Source of the DNA: a virus
Taxonomy: Duplodnaviria > Caudoviricetes
Virus record (IMG/VR): IMGVR_UViG_3300027711_000003
Coordinates: 1-47,275 of that record
Length of the DNA stretch: 47,275 bases
Direction: 5' to 3' (one strand)
In this document: in pieces, positions 43,965 through 47,275 of the stretch
Layout: the number at the start of each line of letters is the position of its first letter
Numbering within the stretch: position 1 is the stretch's first letter
Translations under genes and position numbers: made by a program
Notes under the pieces: model-generated
What the model saw: only the letters and a program-made list of their open reading frames with translations
What the model was told of the DNA's origin: nothing
The model's database searches: none

Positions 43965-45800
43965 CTATCGCCAGCGACGCATGGGGCTCCGCTGCCCTCG
44001 TGCGAAGCGGTTCATCGGCTTCGGGCTGCCTCCCGAAACGCCCATGTGCTCCCTGCGCTTCTTGGGGTCACGCATGATCTCCTGCATTTCTAAAGCCTCT
44101 CTCTGTCTCTGCTTCTCCAGCTTGCTGCTGTAGTCGTAGTCGATCTCCATGACCAGCTTACGACAGGCGGAGGCAACCGCTTCTATACGGTCATCGTGCT
44201 TGAGAGAGTTCTTGTCCCTGGTCAGGTTGCTCATCTGGTGGAATAGCTGGTAAGTCTTCCTCTGCTCGGCAGGGTACTTACGTGTGCTTTCGATGTCCTT
44301 ATCAATCAGCTCCCGGTTGACTACTAAGCGGTGCGAGTCCATCAGAGGTTCCAGGGTGTCAACGATCCTGACTTCCTTCTGTCCGGAGCTGTAGTCGTCC
44401 TCGATCACGCACGGGTGCTCGACTTCGAACATAGGCTTCAGAATCGCCATGTGAGCCCCGTGGCCGAAGTTCTTCTCGACATAGACCTCGTGCACACCTG
44501 CCCGCTTTGCGGCCTGCACAAGCTCTCTCAGGGGCTTCTCGTCGTACCCACCGGGCACGCCTCCGGCATCGTACAGGTACAGCAGGTTCCCCAACTGGAA
44601 TACGATGGCGTACCCGGTCTCGTCTCCGTTCGCGCCACCGCCAGCGGGGTCGATGTACATCACCTTTCTCTCAAATGCAAGCCACTCGTACGGCTTCGGG
44701 ATCGGGCCATAGAATCGGTCGGTCTCCCTGGAACCCGGCTTCAGAGTGGTCTGTACGCGATTCTCCGGGGCGTTGTTCCACACCGGGAGGGATGGCCCAT
44801 CCTTGTGCCCGAACGCCGTCACGATCAAATTAGACGGCTTCAGGGGGTATCGCTGTTGGTCGGACAGCCGGGTGTTCAGCATGAACTGCAACTGGAACTT
44901 GCTCTTGCCCTGACTGACCTCCTTCTCGATCAGTAGCTCGTCATCGAACATCTCCGGGCAGGTGGGTGCGCCACTGGCCCCAGAAGGCCCGTAGCCGCTG
45001 CGTAAGCCCGGATCGGCCTGCATCTGTGCCTTGATACTGGGTGCCAGGAACTCCCCGTACACGTCCTCCTCGGCGGCTGTAGGGTAACGTCCCGGCCAGA
45101 TGCGTATGTCGTACCCCCGGCCTGGCAGGTTGTTGTAGATCGAGTCCATGCTCTGCGGCGTCCCAAGGTACAGGATGTCGCCGTGCTGGTTGATGGATTC
45201 GAACTCCTTGGTCTGCTCTTCCAGCCACTCACGTCCTGCAACAGACCTGCTGTTCTGAAGACTCTCGATGTCGTCAGGGATCAACAGGTCTGCACGGGCA
45301 CCCTGGGCACCTGAGGTGATGCTGTAACAAGAGATAGACGGAGACTTATCACCACCTTTGAAGACATGATGAATGTCGAAAGCCTCGGTACTATCCTTGT
45401 CACCTGCTGTCTTGTCAGGAAGCATGAAGTGCAGGAAGTCTAGTCTCTTGAAGATTTTGACCACCCAGCCTGAAATCTCCGTGGCACGCTTGCTAGTCTG
45501 GGAGAAGATTACGATGCGATAGTGCGGCTGGTGTATCAAGGTGAAAGCAGCAAAGATACCAGCAAGAGTGGTCTTAGCCTGGCCGCGCTGGGCCTGGACC
45601 ATGCGGTACTTCTTACCAGTTAGCATGTATTCAAGGATGTCGGCCTGTGTTGCATTAAGGTCAGGCCGACCTGGGATAAGCTCCTTGATACAAATCTGTG
45701 CAAAGTCCCAGAGACCTTCGACGCTATACGGGAACGTCTGTTGAAGAATCTCTAGGTCATTCCACATTGCTAACTTGTCTTCAAGAGTTAGCTTACTCAA
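43965..45800 (-). CDS. terL: Terminase large subunit, copy B (complete)
   Basis: AQRGQAKT, GARADLLIPDDIE, YLGTPQ, IDPAGGG..GDET, EKNFGHG and HDDRIEA motifs. Confidence 0.96.
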   Translation of the reverse strand: MSKLTLEDKLAMWNDLEILQQTFPYSVEGLWDFAQICIKELIPGRPDLNATQADILEYMLTGKKYRMVQAQRGQAKTTLAGIFAAFTLIHQPHYRIVIFSQTSKRATEISGWVVKIFKRLDFLHFMLPDKTAGDKDSTEAFDIHHVFKGGDKSPSISCYSITSGAQGARADLLIPDDIESLQNSRSVAGREWLEEQTKEFESINQHGDILYLGTPQSMDSIYNNLPGRGYDIRIWPGRYPTAAEEDVYGEFLAPSIKAQMQADPGLRSGYGPSGASGAPTCPEMFDDELLIEKEVSQGKSKFQLQFMLNTRLSDQQRYPLKPSNLIVTAFGHKDGPSLPVWNNAPENRVQTTLKPGSRETDRFYGPIPKPYEWLAFERKVMYIDPAGGGANGDETGYAIVFQLGNLLYLYDAGGVPGGYDEKPLRELVQAAKRAGVHEVYVEKNFGHGAHMAILKPMFEVEHPCVIEDDYSSGQKEVRIVDTLEPLMDSHRLVVNRELIDKDIESTRKYPAEQRKTYQLFHQMSNLTRDKNSLKHDDRIEAVASACRKLVMEIDYDYSSKLEKQRQREALEMQEIMRDPKKRREHMGVSGGSPKPMNRFARGQRSPMRRWR

Positions 45801-46099
45801 CCCAGACCTCGCTCTCTGGCTTCAGCTTTGAAGTCCAGCACCCGCTTACCGGACTTCTCCTGGATTTCTTTGAGCCTAGCAGCCAGGGGGCTGGTGCTGT
45901 CCTCAGAATCAGGTGCAGCATAGACACCATTGTCCAGAACCCACTTGGCGATACTTTGGACTACACGATGGTCAATAGCCATATCTGCATCCATGCCTCC
46001 GTCGATATTCCGGAGGATTGCCTCTGCTTTCCTCTGGTAAAGCTCGGTGACTAGCTTACTCAGGAATCCAAGTTCACCTTCAGTTGTCCTTTTGGTCAT
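45797..46099 (-). CDS. terS: Terminase small subunit, copy B
   Basis: Differs from copy A at two residues (DEGMD/DGGMD and PLQAR/PLAAR). Confidence 0.8.
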   Translation of the reverse strand: MTKRTTEGELGFLSKLVTELYQRKAEAILRNIDGGMDADMAIDHRVVQSIAKWVLDNGVYAAPDSEDSTSPLAARLKEIQEKSGKRVLDFKAEARERGLG

Positions 46100-46295
46100 G
46101 ACGTTTCTCCTTTCTATTTTTGTGACTAATCCTCCACCTGTAAGCAAGATAAGAACCTTGGAGTAGTGTGTATAGAATGGTTGCTATGTACATCCATTCT
46201 TCTAACCCAAGGCCAAGGACACTAGCAGCACTTACAGTGATAGGAGGGGCGACCCGAAGGCCGCCATCAACCACCTGTTGCGCTGTGTTAGACAT
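46080..46295 (-). CDS. Holin, copy B
   Basis: Near-identical to copy A except the first ~10 residues. ATG start. Confidence 0.8.
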   Translation of the reverse strand: MSNTAQQVVDGGLRVAPPITVSAASVLGLGLEEWMYIATILYTLLQGSYLAYRWRISHKNRKEKRHDQKDN

Positions 46296-46306
46296 CGTAA
46301 CCTCCC

Positions 46307-47275
46307 TTATCTCTTCTCCTTTCCTTGAAACAAGTAAGAGCTAACTGAAAACTTAGAATTGCCCCTAATGGCCAACAACCCTGGAATGTGCCTATCGAAC
46401 TGCATAGCTGGGGAAATGGTAGCACTGCCTTCCTGTACACCATCAATAAACACAGTCAAGGTGCTGCCTTCTTTATAAACAGCAAGCTCCCCTTCCCATA
46501 CCTCTGAAGGAAAGGCATCTACTACTTCAGTATTTGAAATAGTATTTGAAGATACAGTCAATTCCCTTATGATTAGGTCTCTTCCTTCCTTAAGAATAAT
46601 TAAGGAGTTGTCTGAGATTATCTCATTCCCTACTTCCATAGGGGTTTCCCAGAAACTAAGACCTTGACCTGTGCTTCCGTCAGAAGATATATGGGCAAAT
46701 GCTTTGAAGTCTTCTCCCAAAACGTTGTTGTAATCTACAACGGAGAACCACCCTTCAAACAAATCACCGTCCCTCGGTTTATGCACACCAGACAGGGCTT
46801 GAGACTTCTCAACAACACCAGAAGAAATCTGAGGAATACCAGTGCTTTCAAAACTAACACCCTCGATCCTTACGTTTCCAGGGTTATTGGAAGGGGCGCG
46901 GATCAGCAGGAACCAAGAACCCGTGCTAACAGGAGGGCCTGAGAAGGACAAGAAAGGAGAGCTGGATAAGCCATCCCTTGTCTGGAAGGTTGAAACAACA
47001 GACCCGGAATAGTAGAGCTGTAATTCATTCTCGGAAGAAGACGCCTTGCAATACACACGAGGGGATAGTGTCTCTTCTAACTTTACAGAGAGTGCTAGGA
47101 ACTGACCAGGAGCTAACTCATAAACACGACCAGAGTCTACATCACTATCGTAGACAAGGATTCCGTTGGTATTACCAATATTATGTGACGGAGTGTAGAA
47201 CCCTTCACTAACATTAGACACAGAGCCGTGATGTACAAAAAGACTAGCTAGATTGTGTCCGATTGCTAAGTTAGC
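46307..47275 (-). CDS. C-terminal part of an alternative receptor-binding/tail protein (5' end off window)
   Basis: The frame stays open to the window edge. Ser-rich beta protein with LamG/ConA-like TLTVFIDGVQEG, in the same position as 2504-3895 relative to the holin. Confidence 0.6.
   Translation of the reverse strand, partial: ANLAIGHNLASLFVHHGSVSNVSEGFYTPSHNIGNTNGILVYDSDVDSGRVYELAPGQFLALSVKLEETLSPRVYCKASSSENELQLYYSGSVVSTFQTRDGLSSSPFLSFSGPPVSTGSWFLLIRAPSNNPGNVRIEGVSFESTGIPQISSGVVEKSQALSGVHKPRDGDLFEGWFSVVDYNNVLGEDFKAFAHISSDGSTGQGLSFWETPMEVGNEIISDNSLIILKEGRDLIIRELTVSSNTISNTEVVDAFPSEVWEGELAVYKEGSTLTVFIDGVQEGSATISPAMQFDRHIPGLLAIRGNSKFSVSSYLFQGKEKR

Noticed and set aside
47135-47155. GTCTAC...GTAGAC with a 9-bp gap
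   Set aside because: Wrong spacing for the 16-bp palindrome; probably chance.

Overview
The window is an essentially complete genome of a lytic Autographiviridae-type (SP6/T7-like) podophage. All genes lie on the minus strand and the sequence is opened inside the terminase gene. In transcription order (right to left) it runs as follows. A non-coding probable genome-end region (~40480-41520) is followed by seven tandem sigma70 promoters, early genes and the phage RNA polymerase. Next come primase-helicase, DNA polymerase A, ThyX, two tRNAs, exonuclease, endonuclease VII, ligase, a MazG-like protein and a class II ribonucleotide reductase. Then come portal, scaffold, capsid, tail, internal virion and receptor-binding genes, followed by holin/TerS/TerL, two paralogous probable decoration genes and a u-spanin/amidase/holin lysis cassette. 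Bases 1-2152 recur at 44114-46265 (offset 44113) as a diverged copy with a different upstream tail gene, which suggests two co-assembled strains. The most striking signals are non-coding. (i) The 16-bp palindrome GTCTACANNTGTAGAC occurs 13 times exactly, both next to promoters and inside genes, where it encodes S-T-x-V-D. (ii) The genome-end region is packed with host-factor-like sites: four perfect and many 11-bp-phased DnaA boxes, IHF consensus sites and four Zur boxes, possibly a host-regulator decoy array. (iii) A tRNA-Ile2/tRNA-Arg pair is clamped by a 21-bp stem. Protein calls come from motif recognition by eye; no database searches were run.
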